From NCBI RefSeq assembly GCF_009914755.1, contig NC_060944.1: a stretch of 64,000 nt of DNA. The stretch is one strand, 5' to 3'. This DNA comes from the human T2T-CHM13v2.0 reference genome, Homo sapiens. The notes below the pieces were generated by a model. It was not told where the DNA came from, ran no database searches, and saw nothing but the letters and a program-made list of their open reading frames with translations. How positions within the stretch are numbered: the stretch's first letter is position 1; every line of letters starts with the position of its first letter. Of this stretch, positions 1-21,246 are shown one piece after another. The position numbers were made by a program, and so were the translations under genes.

Positions 1-621
1 ACCTGACTTTGCTTTCTCTTTCCTATCTCTTTCTTCTCTTTCTGTACTTTCTGAACAGATACTCAAGCATAATTAGACTACTTTGAAGAACAAAGACATT
101 ATTTCCTAAGAGGTCTGAGCTGTCAATGATTTTGTATTTGGATCAGGAAACAGGAAAAGTAAAGGTACAATCACTCCAGAGGGCCCCCACTCTCAAATAA
201 TGCAGCACATTCCTGCTAAGCTACAGTGGGGTGTTCTGGGCACCACTGGATTCACTGGTGCCACATCATGCATGTACACAACTGATGTTTTCCATCCTGA
301 CGACCTGCAGGCTGGACGACACTTAATGCAGCCCCTCCAGACTACAAGAAGAGCACTTCCATTCCCTGCTGCTGCCTATCAAAGAGAAATATGCAGAAAA
401 CAAAGATTTTAAAAAACAGACCCTGTCCCCAGTTTTAAGGGCAATATAGAAAAAAAAAGCTGAGCTCATCATGCTTAAGAAGAAATGCTGTGTCCCTGAA
501 CTCAATCTAGAAAGCTTTCTGTTGCCACTTCCCCCTTTTTGTTTTTACCATTTCCTGCTAAAAGAGTAAAACATTTTCTTTGGGCAAATTTAAAGGGTTT
601 TTTTGTTGTTTTGTACTTTGA

Positions 622-957
<336 letters not shown>

Positions 958-2746
958 CCATAAAGGGTATTTTTTAAGAAAAAAAAGTTTCACTGCATGC
1001 CACCAAATAAAAGTTGTCATTTATATTTCAGGAGGCTGACTTCCTTTTGCATGCTTTGAGCTGTGAAACTGGGCCAATAATAGGAGGTACTGATGGACAG
1101 ACACAGAGTCCTTTCCTGAGAGAACAAAAGCCATTCTAACAACCAGGGGAGCCCACAAGATCATCTGTGTTGATGAAGCCTGTTTCTATTGATGCAGTTT
1201 CTGCGCTTGGTGGTGATGAAGAAGGGCATACCCTGAGTGTACTATGTAAAGCCTTCCCATCAAACAGCATCTGTAAAACTGCAAGGGAAAAAACACATCC
1301 AGGGTCAGACATTTATGGTAGCTCCTCTAGGTCTCCACTCTTGCACCTGAGACTGCGGAGGTTTTGCTTCCCACGGGGGCACAGGGCTCCTTAGGTTGCC
1401 ACATATCAATAAACACTCAGTGCCTGCAAGAGGCTTTTCTATCAGCTCAGCCAGGCAGATGGCCACCTGTCTGCTTTCAGAGGTGGCAGATGGCTTTCCC
1501 AGGCGCTGCTCTTGCACACTTTCCTTGCAGGGTGCAGGTCCCTCTGTGGATATCCCTTAGATTACAGGACTGGGAGGTGTGGGCCTTCAGGGCCTTGCTG
1601 AACAGCAGCTGGGCAGGGAGTGTGGCAGAGGTGCCAGCGTTCCCTCTGCCAGTTTGACAGTGATTTCCTTTTCCTCCTACTGTCCAGGGTAACTGTTTGA
1701 ACAACCTGCCCTGGTTCCTTTGACGGGGGAGGAAGAGAGGGCTGGGCCCTCAGTCTGAGGACTTTAAAAGCCCTGCGGAGCACCAGGAGCACTGTGGCAG
1801 AGTGGCAGGTGGCAGAGTGGTAGGAGAGGGGTCTCCAGAGCCTCTGACTGTGATGGAATCTGCCCTAATGGGCTGCTGTGCATATGAATGAGGCAGGAAG
1901 GGAAATGCTTAGCGAGGCAGGCATCTCGAATGAGGACTGGGCAGTGAGCAGCACAATGAGGCCGCACAGTGCACGCACCTGTAATCCCAGCACGTTGGGA
2001 GGCCAAAGTAGGAGAACTACCTGGGACAGGAGCTCAAGGCCAGCCTGGGCAATATAACAAGACTCTGCTCTCTACAAATGAACAAAGAAAGACACAGTAA
2101 ACTGAACTAAATAGGTCTCCTCAGAGGTTGGGGAAATATAACTAGAAGGCCCGATATTTCCTTCCCAGACTCCAGAGACTATGTCTGGGGTCAATGCCCC
2201 CTTAATCCTGCCAAGGGCCTCTAAAACTGGTCCAGGACCCTGTGCCCCATGCTGCTGTCCCCTCTCTAGCACTTCCTCACCCAACCCCTGACTCTCCAGC
2301 GCCTTTCAGTCTCTCGCAGGGGCCCCAAATCTTCTGCCTCCTCCAAACATATGCTTCACTGCTATTCTCGAAAGTCCCCTGGCCATCCAGCCTAATCAGG
2401 CTCTCTCACCATGTTGTGTCAGACTCACTCCTTTCCCTTCTGTCTGCAACAAAACATTTATCTCTAACATGATGGACAGAATCTCTCCCCACGAATAAGT
2501 AGCGTAGCTCTTGTTGTCAATACTCTATCACCAGTGCCCAGAATTTGGATGCTCAAGAAGTATTGGTGGGATGAAGCTAATGAATGAGGTCTGCAGTTTC
2601 TATCGTGAACCACTTTCTCATTAGGTAGAAAAATTGGTTCTGTAGGATAAGATGAGTTTCTTAAACACAACTTGGACCATTCAAAATATGTTCAAGGGAA
2701 AGTAAGAATTTATAAAAAATTTAAGATTCAAGTGATATAAATATTA

Positions 2747-3135
<389 letters not shown>

Positions 3136-4242
3136 CCATCTAATGACAGCAGGGGTGGGGGAAATGGGCACTGAGGCTCTCTTGGTAGGAAGGCAAACTT
3201 TCCTAATCATGTTGGAAGTCACATTGGCAACAGTTTCAAAATTTTAAATATTCATACTCTTTGACCCATCAAATCTCAAATTACGCTAAATAATTGGACA
3301 CTAACAAAGGAACAAAAGTTAGACATATGAAAGTTGCTAATAATAGCAGGAAGAACTAGGAAGAAGCCAATTGTCCATCAATAGGAAGCTAATTAAATAA
3401 ACGATGAGCCCATTTAGCACAAGGATGCTGGGTGCACATCATATAGGATCTTTACTGGCAAAGTCAGTGACTATTCTTCTAAAATTTCCCTGAAGTCATG
3501 ATATGCTGCAGGCAGGAGTTTCTTCCAGCTACCATTCCACCAACTGTTGGTCTATCCTCATGGGCAACAGTGAAGTTTGTGAAGGCCTCCTAACATTACT
3601 GCCTGTTTCCTCACTGGTCTGCATTTTATCCCTCTTTCTTTGCTTCTGTACAAGCAAACTAGCACCATCACCTGCACACCCTCTTCAGTATGTGTCAAAA
3701 CACAGCAAGTACCCAGAAGAGGCAACAAAGGTACAAACTCCACATCTGCAGGCCTCAGGCTAGGAGGTGGCAGGAGACCTATGCAGACCTGTGCAGAGTG
3801 CATAGGGTGGCACTCCGGGCACACGTGAACTTGGACCCCTTGTCCATATCGGCCACCCCCCAGAACACCTTTCAGGGTCAGACAGCACTGTGCCACACCA
3901 GTGCCAAGGGAGGCTGGCATCCATGGGATAAGGAGGTGCTATGTAGTCATTCAAAGCAATGCCATCTCTATGTGAAGACCTGGATGAAAATCCAGAATAT
4001 AGTGGTTTTACAGCTTATAAAATCATATGTGAAAATGCAAAAATATAGGTGTATGAACAGTGTGAAAAGTTATAACCAAAATGTTAACAATAGTTACTGT
4101 TAAATTAATCTGGAATTATTTTAGCATATACGAGATGACAAAACTATTTTCTCCCAAACAAGTATACAATTACCCTAGCATGCATTAATGATGCCTCCTT
4201 TGTAAAAAAAAAAAAAAAAAAATTGCATATAACATTTCTATT

Positions 4243-4558
<316 letters not shown>

Positions 4559-4667
4559 TCACTGTTTCTTCTATACATTTTTAAAAATCAGAATAACATG
4601 CTGCTCTAATCACTGTGGTTAATGACAAAATATCTCATATTATCTTCTCATTACTGATGTATAATAA

Positions 4668-5642
<975 letters not shown>

Positions 5643-6775
5643 CACATGTTACAGTCTTATGTTTGAGGCTAAAGATGGTAGATTTAACTATTTCCTCTTA
5701 AAATGCCACTAAAATGACAGTAAAATTTTAAAAGGATATAAAACCATAGTGGTCAGAATGAGAGGAGAGACACCAATACCACGTTAGAAGCTGGAAAACA
5801 GAAGGACAGGAATTAAGGTGACAGATCCAGAAAAGTCCAAAACCAGCACAGGGGAAGACAAGGCACATGAACCAACAGCACCAGGTACCCGTGGCGGGAG
5901 GATCAGGTGGAGGCCAGGATCAGGCGGACAACTGGAAAAACCCGTCTGGGCTTCTACCTCACTGAACAGAGTGGGGCCACTGCCCCAATTCATCAAGAGA
6001 CTGAAGATTTATTCTCTGCAGAGGGTAAACCATAGAAGGTTTGGACTACGAAGGCCAGATACACTAAAAGCAGAAGTATGTTAAAGTTTAGAAAACAGTG
6101 TGGAGAACCCCCAGCCATCTTCCGCAGCTCTCAGAGAGCTGGAAGCTGGACACAGGCCAAGGTGAGCTTAGCAACAAAAGATACAGGGCCCACCGCCCCT
6201 GCAATCCCACGCTAAGCGGCTGCTGAACCTCCAGTCCCTGGTCCACACTGAAGCTTGCCGTCTGCAACCACAGAATCCCCATGTTGCCAGACTCACTCAG
6301 GCCCCTGCACTCTGACTTCCCTAGACAGGAAGCTGAGTCTGACCAATCCCAGCCAGAACTGCATGAAATCTATTTGAAAAAGGAACAGTATCTTTTCAAT
6401 ATTGTATGTTCTCATCTAAAAACAAACTGTATCTTTCCACTTAAATATTATGTCTCTCAGTAAAGTTTAATGATTTTCTTGATAAACAGTCTATGCGTGT
6501 TTTTTGTTTTTTTTTGAGACAGAGTCTCACTTGCTCACCCAGGCTGGAGTGCAGTGGTGCGATCTCAGCTCACTGGAATTACAGACATGCGCCACCTCGC
6601 CTAGGTAACATTCTATGTATTTCTTATGTAATTCTTAGATGTGTATTTTGTTGTTGCTATTGCTACTGTGAAATAAAAGTTTATCCTGTTCCATCTTTCC
6701 AGCCAGCTGGTTACTGGTATATAAGAAAGCTATCAGTTGGTATATTTATTTTGCATTTGAAAATCTTACACCTGG

Positions 6776-9018
<2,243 letters not shown>

Positions 9019-9356
9019 TTATCAATGAAGAATTAGAAATGAAGGTGCAAAAAAAAGCTTTAGAATAAACAAACACAAGCATCTGCATTTTCATCCAGTT
9101 GAAAATCTCTAAGCCCTAAGGCTCCTTGTGCTGAGAATGGAGCAGGAAAACCTCCTCCCCACTACTGTATCCCACAGGCCTGATCATCAGGACAGGTCAC
9201 AGGCCCCAGGACCCTGCCTTTCAGCCTTCCGGGTCAAGGCCATACTAAGACTCTCCTAAACTAGCTCTCAAAATCATTCGCCTTCACTTTTTATTCAAAC
9301 AAAACAAAAACTCATGATAAGACAATATTCTAGAAATTTATCTTCAGATGACAAAG

Positions 9357-9745
9357 GTGCCTTAGTCCATTTTTGTGTTGCTATATTAGGAATACCTGAG
9401 GCTAGGTAATTTATAAAGAAAAGAGGTTTATTTGGCTCACAGTTCTGCAGGCTAGACAAGAAGCATGGTGCCCACATCCACATCTGGTGATGGCTTCAGG
9501 TTGCTTCCACTCAGGGTGGAAAGCAAGGGGATGTGGTGGGCAGAGATCGCAGAGCAGAGGGGAGGGAAGGTGCCAGGCTCCTTTTACAGGAACTCAGAGT
9601 CAGAACTCACTCATTCCCATAAGAGTGGACCCAGCCATTCATAAGGAATCTTCCCCCTGGGTGACCCAGACACCTCCTACCTCCTGCCAGATCAAATTTC
9701 AACATGAGACTTGGCAGGGCCAAACAAACCATATCTAAACCATAC
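9357..9745 (-). mobile_element. MaLR LTR (MST family)
   Basis: TAATTTATAAAGAAAAGAGGTTTATTTGGCTCACAGTTCTG signature. Confidence 0.8.
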
Positions 9746-10249
9746 CTAACGGCCTACAGAGCTATTTTGTTATATTTCCTGTTCCCAAAACATACGTCAC
9801 TAAATTAAGATGACACATAGAAATGCAAATTAAACCATGAGGTTCCATTTTCACCTAAATCACTGGCAAAGAATAAGAATATAAGAATACTGACAATATC
9901 AAAAGAGTAACTCTGGGCAAACACTCTCACACCGCCAATGGGAGCTGCTCTCTGGCCCTCTGAAGAGGTGACCATACAGATCAGGGGCCCAAGTCCTGAG
10001 GTGGAGATGGCTAGAAGACCACCAAAACCTTGTACTGTCCCTTCCCTACGGAGTGTAGAGTTGGGCATGGGAATGGCTGCCTAGCTGGGGGCTACATTTC
10101 CCAGCTCAACATGGAGGCAGGTGTAGCCAGGTAAGTAGTTCTCACCTATGCAACGTGAGTAAGGCCTCATGTGGCTGGCTGCTGGTACAGCACCAAGTGT
10201 TATCCTAACTAATTCTTAAAGATTAATACTCTACATGCTCATTTTTGTT

Positions 10250-12300
<2,051 letters not shown>

Positions 12301-12504
12301 TCTCTTTAATAGGGGATAGTGTGTCCATACACTGAGATGACATGTAGTCATTAAAAAACAAAGAATGAGTGTTCATACGGTGACATGGAGGGAGGGCTTA
12401 CAGTTTTGTGGGAGGAGGGACCATTCATATTAAGAAAGGGGAAATGGGGGGCAGAGAATTTGCCACATATACTTCAGCAATTTAAGAAATTTTACACATT
12501 TTTC

Positions 12505-14435
12505 CAATTTTTTTACACGTAACAAAATTTACCATCATAACCATTTTCACGTGTACAGTTCAGTGGTAATATGTTCATATGTTCATACTGTTGTGTAATC
12601 ACCACTACCATCCATCTCTGTAACTCTTTCCATCTGTAAAGCTGAAACTCTGTACCCATTAAACAGTAACTCCCATTCTCCATCCCCCAGCCCATGGCAA
12701 CCACCCTTCCACTTTCTGCTACTAGTACCTTGACGACTCTAGTGCCTCACGTAAGTGGAATCATACAGTACTTGTCTTTTTGTGACTGGCTTACTTCATT
12801 TAGCATAATGTCTTCAAGGTTCATTCATGTTGTAGCATATTTCAGAAATTCTTTCCATTGTACAGATATACCACATTTTGCTTATCCATTCATCCATGGG
12901 TGGACATCTGGGTTGCTTCCATGTTTTAGCTATTGTGAATAGTGCTGCTATGAACATGGGTGTACAAATAAATGGCTCTTAGAGACCCTGTTTTCAATTA
13001 TTTTTGGTAGATACCCAGAAGCGCAGCTGCTGCATTATACAGTAATTCTATGTTCAATTTTTAAAGAGACAGCCATATTGTTTTCCACAGTTTCTGTACC
13101 ATTTTTATTCCCACTAACAGTGTGCAAGGGTTCCAATTTCTCATATCATTGCCAACATTTACTATTTTTTGTTATTTTGTTTTTATTCATAATCATAAAC
13201 TTAACACTGCAATCCAGCTAGGCACGGAAGGGAACAAGGAAAACATGGAACCCAAAGGGAACTGCAGCAAGAGCACAAAGATTCTAGGATACTGAGAGCA
13301 AATGGGGTGGAGGGGTGCTCTCCTGAGCTACAGAAGGAATGGTCTGGTGGTTAAGATAAAACACAAGTCAAACTTATTAGAGTTGTTCACAGTCAGCAAT
13401 GGTGATCTTCTTGCTGGTCTTGCCATTCCTGGAACCACAGCGCTCCATGGCCTCCACAATATTCTTGCCTTCTTTCGCCTTGCCACAGACCACATGCTTG
13501 CCATCCAACCACTCAGTCTTGGCAGTGCAGATGAAAAACTGGGAACCGTTTGTGTTGGGTCCAGCATTTGCCATGGACAAGATGCCAGGACCTGTATGCT
13601 TTAGGATGAAGTTTTCATCACCAAATTTCTCCCCGTAAATGGACTTGCCACCAGTGCCATTATGGGTGTGAAGTCACCACCCTGATACATAAACCCTGGA
13701 ATAATTCTGTGAAAGCGGAAACCCTTAAAACCAAATCCTTTCTCGCCAGTGCTCAGAGCATGAAAGTTTTCTGCTGTCTTTGGAATCTTGTCTGCAAACA
13801 GGTTGAAGGAGACGCGGCCCAAGGGCTTGCCTTCGTCAGCAATGTTGAAGAACAGTGGGGTTGACCATGGCTGATAGTACAGGGCTCCCAGCGGCGGTGG
13901 CATCTGCAAAGCCTACTTTCTTTTAAAAAAATTATTAGCCATCCTCAGACAGGCGCAGTGGCTCATGCCTGTAATTCCAGTGCTTTGGGAGGCTGCGGCA
14001 GGATTGCTTAATTCATGAGTTTGGGACCAGCTTGGGCAACATATTTAGACCCTCTTTCTATCAAAAATTAAAAACCTAGCCAGGTGTAGTGGCATGCACC
14101 TATAGTCCCAGCTACTCGGGAGGCTGAAGTGGGAAGACCGCTTGAGCCAGGGAGATCAAGGGTAAGCCATGATTGCACCACTGTAGTCCAGCCTGGGTGA
14201 CAGAGAAGGACCACATTTCAAAAGTAAAAAAAAAAAATTAGCCATCCTAATTGGTGTGAGGTGGTATCTCATTGTGGTTTTGATTTCCATTTCCCCAATG
14301 GATTAGTAATGTTGGGCATCTATTCATGTGCTTATAAGTCATCTATCCGTCTTTAGAGAAATGTCTCTTCGAGTTCTAGGCCCATTTTTGAATTGGTGTT
14401 TTGTTGCGGAGTTTTAAAATTTCTCTATATATTCT
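12505..14435 (-). mobile_element. L1M (L1MB-like) 3' fragment, host of the PPIA retrocopy and an AluJ (13948-14238)
   Basis: GTGGAATCATACAGTA, TATTGTGAATAGTGCTGCTATGAACATGG, GGTATCTCATTGTGGTTTTGATTT. Confidence 0.8.
13165..13912 (-). pseudogene. PPIAP2: Cyclophilin A (PPIA) processed pseudogene, probably PPIAP2
   Basis: Intronless PPIA: 5'UTR, ATG at 13868 (MVNPTV), [37 protein letters not shown], 3'UTR, AATAAA and decayed poly(A) at about 13165-13186; 2-nt deletion at codon 6 and 1-nt deletion near 13664. The locus number is from memory. Confidence 0.92.
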
Positions 14436-17147
14436 AGATAAAGTTAAAATGCAGCAACAGCTACCAAATCTAAGAGGCCTAAAGAACCACAGCTTATTTC
14501 TTCCTCTAGCTGTGGGTCCAGCACAGGTCAGCTGGAGTTCTACTAAACACATTACTCAGGAACCTGTCTTGCAGAAACTCCATCACTTTGCGACACTGCC
14601 ACCTCCACACAAGGCTTTAGGGTTTGCTGCAGCAGGAGCAGAGGGCACGAAGGATCACGTACCTGCTCTTAACCACTTCTGCCTACCGAAGTGACACGTC
14701 ACTTCCATTCAGATTGTGAGACCGCGTCTCAGTTCAAGAGGGTAAGATCCCAAACCAGGAGTGCCAGTGAGCACTGATGTTGTGTCCACAGGTTTAAATA
14801 GCTACACATGCATGCACAACACATTAAGTAAGCTATTTTATAACTTCACACTGGAAAAACTTGCTCTTTAAAGGAGCTCTGGCCAGGCATGGTGGCTCGC
14901 CCCTGTAATGCCAGCACTCTGCTGTAATGCAGCACTCTGTGGGGGCTGAGGCGAGAGGATTGCATAAGGCCAGGAGAATGAGACCAGTGTGGGCAGCACA
15001 GCAAGACCCTGTTTCTCTGTCTCTGTTATAAAAAAAAAAAAAAAAAAAAAGCCCTTTGTAGATTTTTTGTTAACAAAGGACACTTTTAGATATAAGTGGG
15101 TCCTTGCCCTTTGTTTTTTCCTATCTGGAAAGACTGGGCTTCCAGGTTATTTTCTTAAAGAAATGCACAAAACCACTGCGGGAATTCCTACTTAAATTGA
15201 TTACAGTGGACCCAAACACACTCATCCTTCAAAGCTTTCAATGCCTTGGGGCGCTGACTGTGGGGGGTCCCCTTGAGTCACAGTGATGCATCAGATCTCT
15301 CATGCATCCCAGTGATTACTGGGGTACACAGGTCTCCCTGGAGGTCTTGCTTCCCTACTCCCTCAGCTGGCACCCAGAGCTTCCCAGTCACAACCAAAGC
15401 ACTGGAGGTTGAAGGTGCCAAGACAATAAGGGGGCCACAGAGAAGGTCACCAACTCCAAGAGAAGGCTCTGTGGAAGACTCAGAGGCCACCAACTCCAAG
15501 AAAAGACTTCTGTGCCCTCAGAAGCCCACCCCTCAGGCACAGCCGCAGAGTCACCAATGCTGTCAGAGAAGGAAAGCAATATGCTGATGAATAAACTATT
15601 TCTCTCAAGTGACACTGGCTCAATATTTTCAACCCATAATAATTTCCCCTTGTAATAGTCAGGATGTATAAGAGAGACAGCCCTAAGCAGGGGCAGGAGA
15701 GCACAGCGATTAGAGCATGAGTAGTGGAGATGGCAGGTCTGCCACTTGGATGGGTGTGCGACCCTGGGCAAGCTACTTAACCATCCATGCCTTGGCTTCC
15801 TCATCTGTGAAGAGGGCGACCCACCAATCTCATGAGGCAGCTGTGAGCATTCCATGAATTCACACACGTAAAGCGCTTAAGGAAACGGTATCTGGTACAC
15901 AGTTCTCAATCAATGTTATTTTTATTAATTCTTCTTGTGCCTTTATTGACTTTTTTTTTTTTTTTTGGTAGAGACAGGTTTCACCATGTTTCCTAGGCTG
16001 GTCTCAAACTCCTGAGCTCAAGCAATCCTCCTTCCTCAGCCTCCCAAAGTACTGGGATTACAGGTGTGAGCCACACACCAGGCCCTTCACCATTTATTTT
16101 TAATTGTTCTGCCTCTACTGTTCTACTTCCTCTTCCTTCCCTCCCATCATGAGCAAGCTGCAACTTACCAGAAGCTATTTCTGAAAGACACTGGGGAGTC
16201 CAGGAAGAACGAGAGTGATCAGCTAATTAGGAAGATTCCTACTTTAAAGGAGAGACCACAGACTGAGACACTGGACTGGTGGTCACGGTTCCTACACAAA
16301 AGGCCCCCAAGGAGTGTCTATGTCCCCTCTCGTCCCCATGGGCAATGCCTACATTGGGGTGTGGGACACTGGTACCAAGCCGCTCTATCAGGATGGTAGC
16401 CCTGCACTGGATTTCACTGTGGCTGGCCCTTAGAACACTGTTTACAACCTGGAGGCAGCAGCAGGCTCTAATGCACAGAAATGCCTGATTTTTTAAAAAC
16501 CAAAACACCTGGTTATAAAACGCTTAGTAACCATCTTGACTGCTTCATCTTCAACCCTATTCATCTCTCTTCAGAAGTGATTCCTCCCAACATAACCCTC
16601 CCCGCTTCCTGACACTCCCCAAAGAACTGGTTCCTAGATTTTTGTTTCATGAACTAATAAAATGTTCTATAAAATGGGGACTGACCTAATATTGCCGGGT
16701 TTTTATTTTGCCAAGTAAGGATCTCAGAAACTTGATAGAAAGGCCACTGTCTCAGGGTTCAATCATTATACAAAGTTAGCTTCATGCCAGTTCTCTACAT
16801 TTATTTTCTCATTTCCCTTCCTCACAGTAAAAAAGTAGTCCAAAATACTGTGGATCCCAAGCTGGTCTCGAACTCCTTGGACTCAAGTGACCTGCCTGCC
16901 CCAGTCTCCCAAACTGCTGGGCTTGCAGGCATAAGCCACAGTGCCTGGTCCCCTAGATTTTTAATGTGAAAGCTAAAGTCATCAATTGAAGATCTTTCTT
17001 TTTTACTATAGGCATTCAGTGCTATATTTTCACTTTCCTCAAGCATGCTTTCGGGGCATACGTGTGTCTTCCTTTTCATTCCATGTGAGCTACTTTGTAA
17101 TTTCACTTGTTGTTTTTTTAGAGAGGGGATCTTTCTCTGTCACCTAG

Positions 17148-17279
<132 letters not shown>

Positions 17280-17738
17280 TAAAGCATGGGTCTGCTGATG
17301 ATGAATTATCTCAGCCTCTTCTTTTTTTTTTTTTAAGAAACAAGATCTTACTCTGTCACCTGCGCTTAAGTGCAGTCTCCACCTCCTGGCCTTAAGTGAT
17401 CCTCCTGCCTCCCAAGTAGCTAGGACCACAGGTGCACACCACCATGCTCAGCTAATCTTTGACTTTTCGTAAAGATGGAGTCTATAAAACATAGCCAGTT
17501 TGGCTATGTTTCCCAGGCTGGACTGGAACTCCTGGGCTCAAGTGATCCTTCCATCTTGGCCTCCCAAAGTGTTTGGATTACAGGCGTGAGCCACCACACC
17601 TGGCCCTCTTTCAGCTTTTTTATATCTGAAAACTTCACTATTTTGCCTTTGAAGATATTTGGGGTGGGAGGAATGACAACATAAAAAGTTATTTTCACCT
17701 GGTCAAGAATTTTGGACGGATAGCTTTTTCTTTCAGTA

Positions 17739-18345
17739 CAGTCATGCAAACTGCATAATAGCATTTCAGCCAACAGTGGACCACTTATACAATGGTTGTC
17801 CCATATGATTATAATAGAACTAAAAAATTCCTATTGCCTAATGTCATGGCTGTAGCGTCACAGTGAAAAGCATTACTCACATTTGTGGTGATGTGGTATA
17901 AACAAACCACTGCAAGTTGTATAAAAATGTATATTCATGTCCTAAGCCTTCACATTCACTCACCACTCACTCACTGACTCACCCAGAGCAACCTCCAGTC
18001 CTGCAGGCTCCAATCATGGTAAGTGCCCTATACTGTACTGTTTTTTATCTTTTATATTGTATTTTCACTGTACCTTTTCTATGTGTAGATACACAAATAC
18101 TTAACATTGTGTCACAACTGCCTACAGGACTCAGTACAGTATCATGCTGTGCAGGTTTGCAGCCTAGGAGCAATAGGCCTTACCACATAGCCCAGGCGTG
18201 TAATAGGCCGTACCATCTATGTTTGTGTAAATACACTCTGATCTTCGCGTGACAATGCACTTGCCTAACACCACATTGCTCAGAAGGTGTACCTGTTATT
18301 GAGTGACATTACTATATTGAGTGACATTACTACATGGCATGACAG
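17739..18345 (+). mobile_element. Tigger3-family (MER7-like) DNA transposon
   Basis: TA|CAGTCATGC start, GCATGACAG end, internal CACTCACTCACTGACTCACCCAGAGCAA. Confidence 0.8.
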
Positions 18346-18364
18346 CGTCAAAGATGTTGCTTCA

Positions 18365-19910
<1,546 letters not shown>

Positions 19911-20019
19911 TAATGTGCTTCTCTTCAACACTAACGTGCGTGTCAGTACTCAGTCGGTTTTCATTGATTATTCTCTTCATTATATACACATCATAGTTTC
20001 CTCCCACTCTGCATGCCTG

Positions 20020-20404
20020 TGCTATGGGCTGAATAATGTCCCCTCAAAATTTGTATGTTGAAGTCTTAACCCCTAGCACTTCAGAATATGACTGTATTTA
20101 GAGAGAGGGTCTTAAGGAGGTAATTATGCTAAAATGAGGTCATCAGGGTGGACCCTAATCCACTATGACTCAGCTTTGTAAGAAGAAATGCAGAAAGAGC
20201 CACACACAGAGGTTAGACCATATGAAGACACATGGAGAAGGTGGTCATCTACAGGCAAAGCAGAGGGGCCTCATGAGAAACCAGCCCTGCTGACACCTCC
20301 ATCTTGGACTTCTGGCCTCTGGAATCGAGAGAAAATAAACTTCTGCCATTTAAGTCACCTGGTCTGTGTTACTTTGTTATGGTAGCCCTCACAAACCCAT
20401 ACAC
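20020..20404 (+). mobile_element. MaLR LTR (MLT1 family)
   Basis: TGCTATGGGCTGAAT...GTCCCCTCAAAATTTGTATGTTGAAGTC...GGGTGGACCCTAATCC. Confidence 0.8.
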
Positions 20405-20941
20405 CTGGAATTTCCCACTACTGAAGCATGCTGTTCCTGAATGTTCTACCAGTAAATTATAATCTTGCTCTAAGTAGCAGGGACTGTATCTTCTGATCTT
20501 TTCAGACAGTTCTTTCCCCAGCCACAGAGAGTTTCCTCACACACGTGTGCTGATCAAGGGGACCCTCTGCAGACCCCAGGGTCTCTCTCTGTGTTGCTCT
20601 CTCCTCTCTGGTACTCTGTCCTATAAACTCTAGCCACATTGGTCTCTCCAGATTCTCAGCTCCACACCCACAACCCTGGGAGTCCACGTGGCTCCCCTCC
20701 CTGTGCCATGGCGTGGAAGCTCTCTCAAGGAGATCAGCTAGGGTACTGTAGGGCTCACTTCCTTTGTCTGTCACTTCTCCGAGTTTACTGTCCTTTGTTG
20801 CTTGGTGCCCAGTGTTTTAAAAATTGTTTCGTGTATGTTGTCGTTTTTGTTGTGGCTGCTATTTGGGTTATTTCCGGGTAAATTCAGCCACCTTGGTCAG
20901 TAGTGGAAGTTCTATGTTTCTTTTAAAATATGTCTATAATT

Positions 20942-21246
20942 AGCTGGGTGCAGTGGCTCACACCTGTAATCCCAGCACTTTGGGAGGCCAAGGCAGGTGG
21001 ATCACGAGGTCAGGAGATCGAGACCATCCTGGCTAACACGGTGAAACCCCGTCTCTACTAAAAATACAAAAATATTAGCTGGGCGTGGTGGTGGGCGCCT
21101 GTAGTCCCAGCCACTTGGGAGGCTGAGGCAGGAGAATGGCATGAGCTGGGAGGCGGAGATTGTAGTGAGCCCAGATCGCACCACTGCACTCCAGCCTGGG
21201 CGACAGAGTGAGACTCTGTCTCAAAAAATAATAATAATAATAATAA
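20942..21246 (+). mobile_element. AluY-like with (AAT)n tail
   Basis: Alu consensus; TSD ATGTCTA(T/C)AATT. Confidence 0.88.

Noticed and set aside
13377-13868. Compensating -2 and -1 frameshifts restoring full-length cyclophilin
   Set aside because: The frame from ATG 13868 meets TGA at codon 11, before the second deletion
15440-15520. Imperfect direct repeat CACCAACTCCAAGA(G/A)AAG, and an 18-bp tandem repeat near 18296-18333
   Set aside because: Two-copy slippage duplications with no array structure; not CRISPR-like
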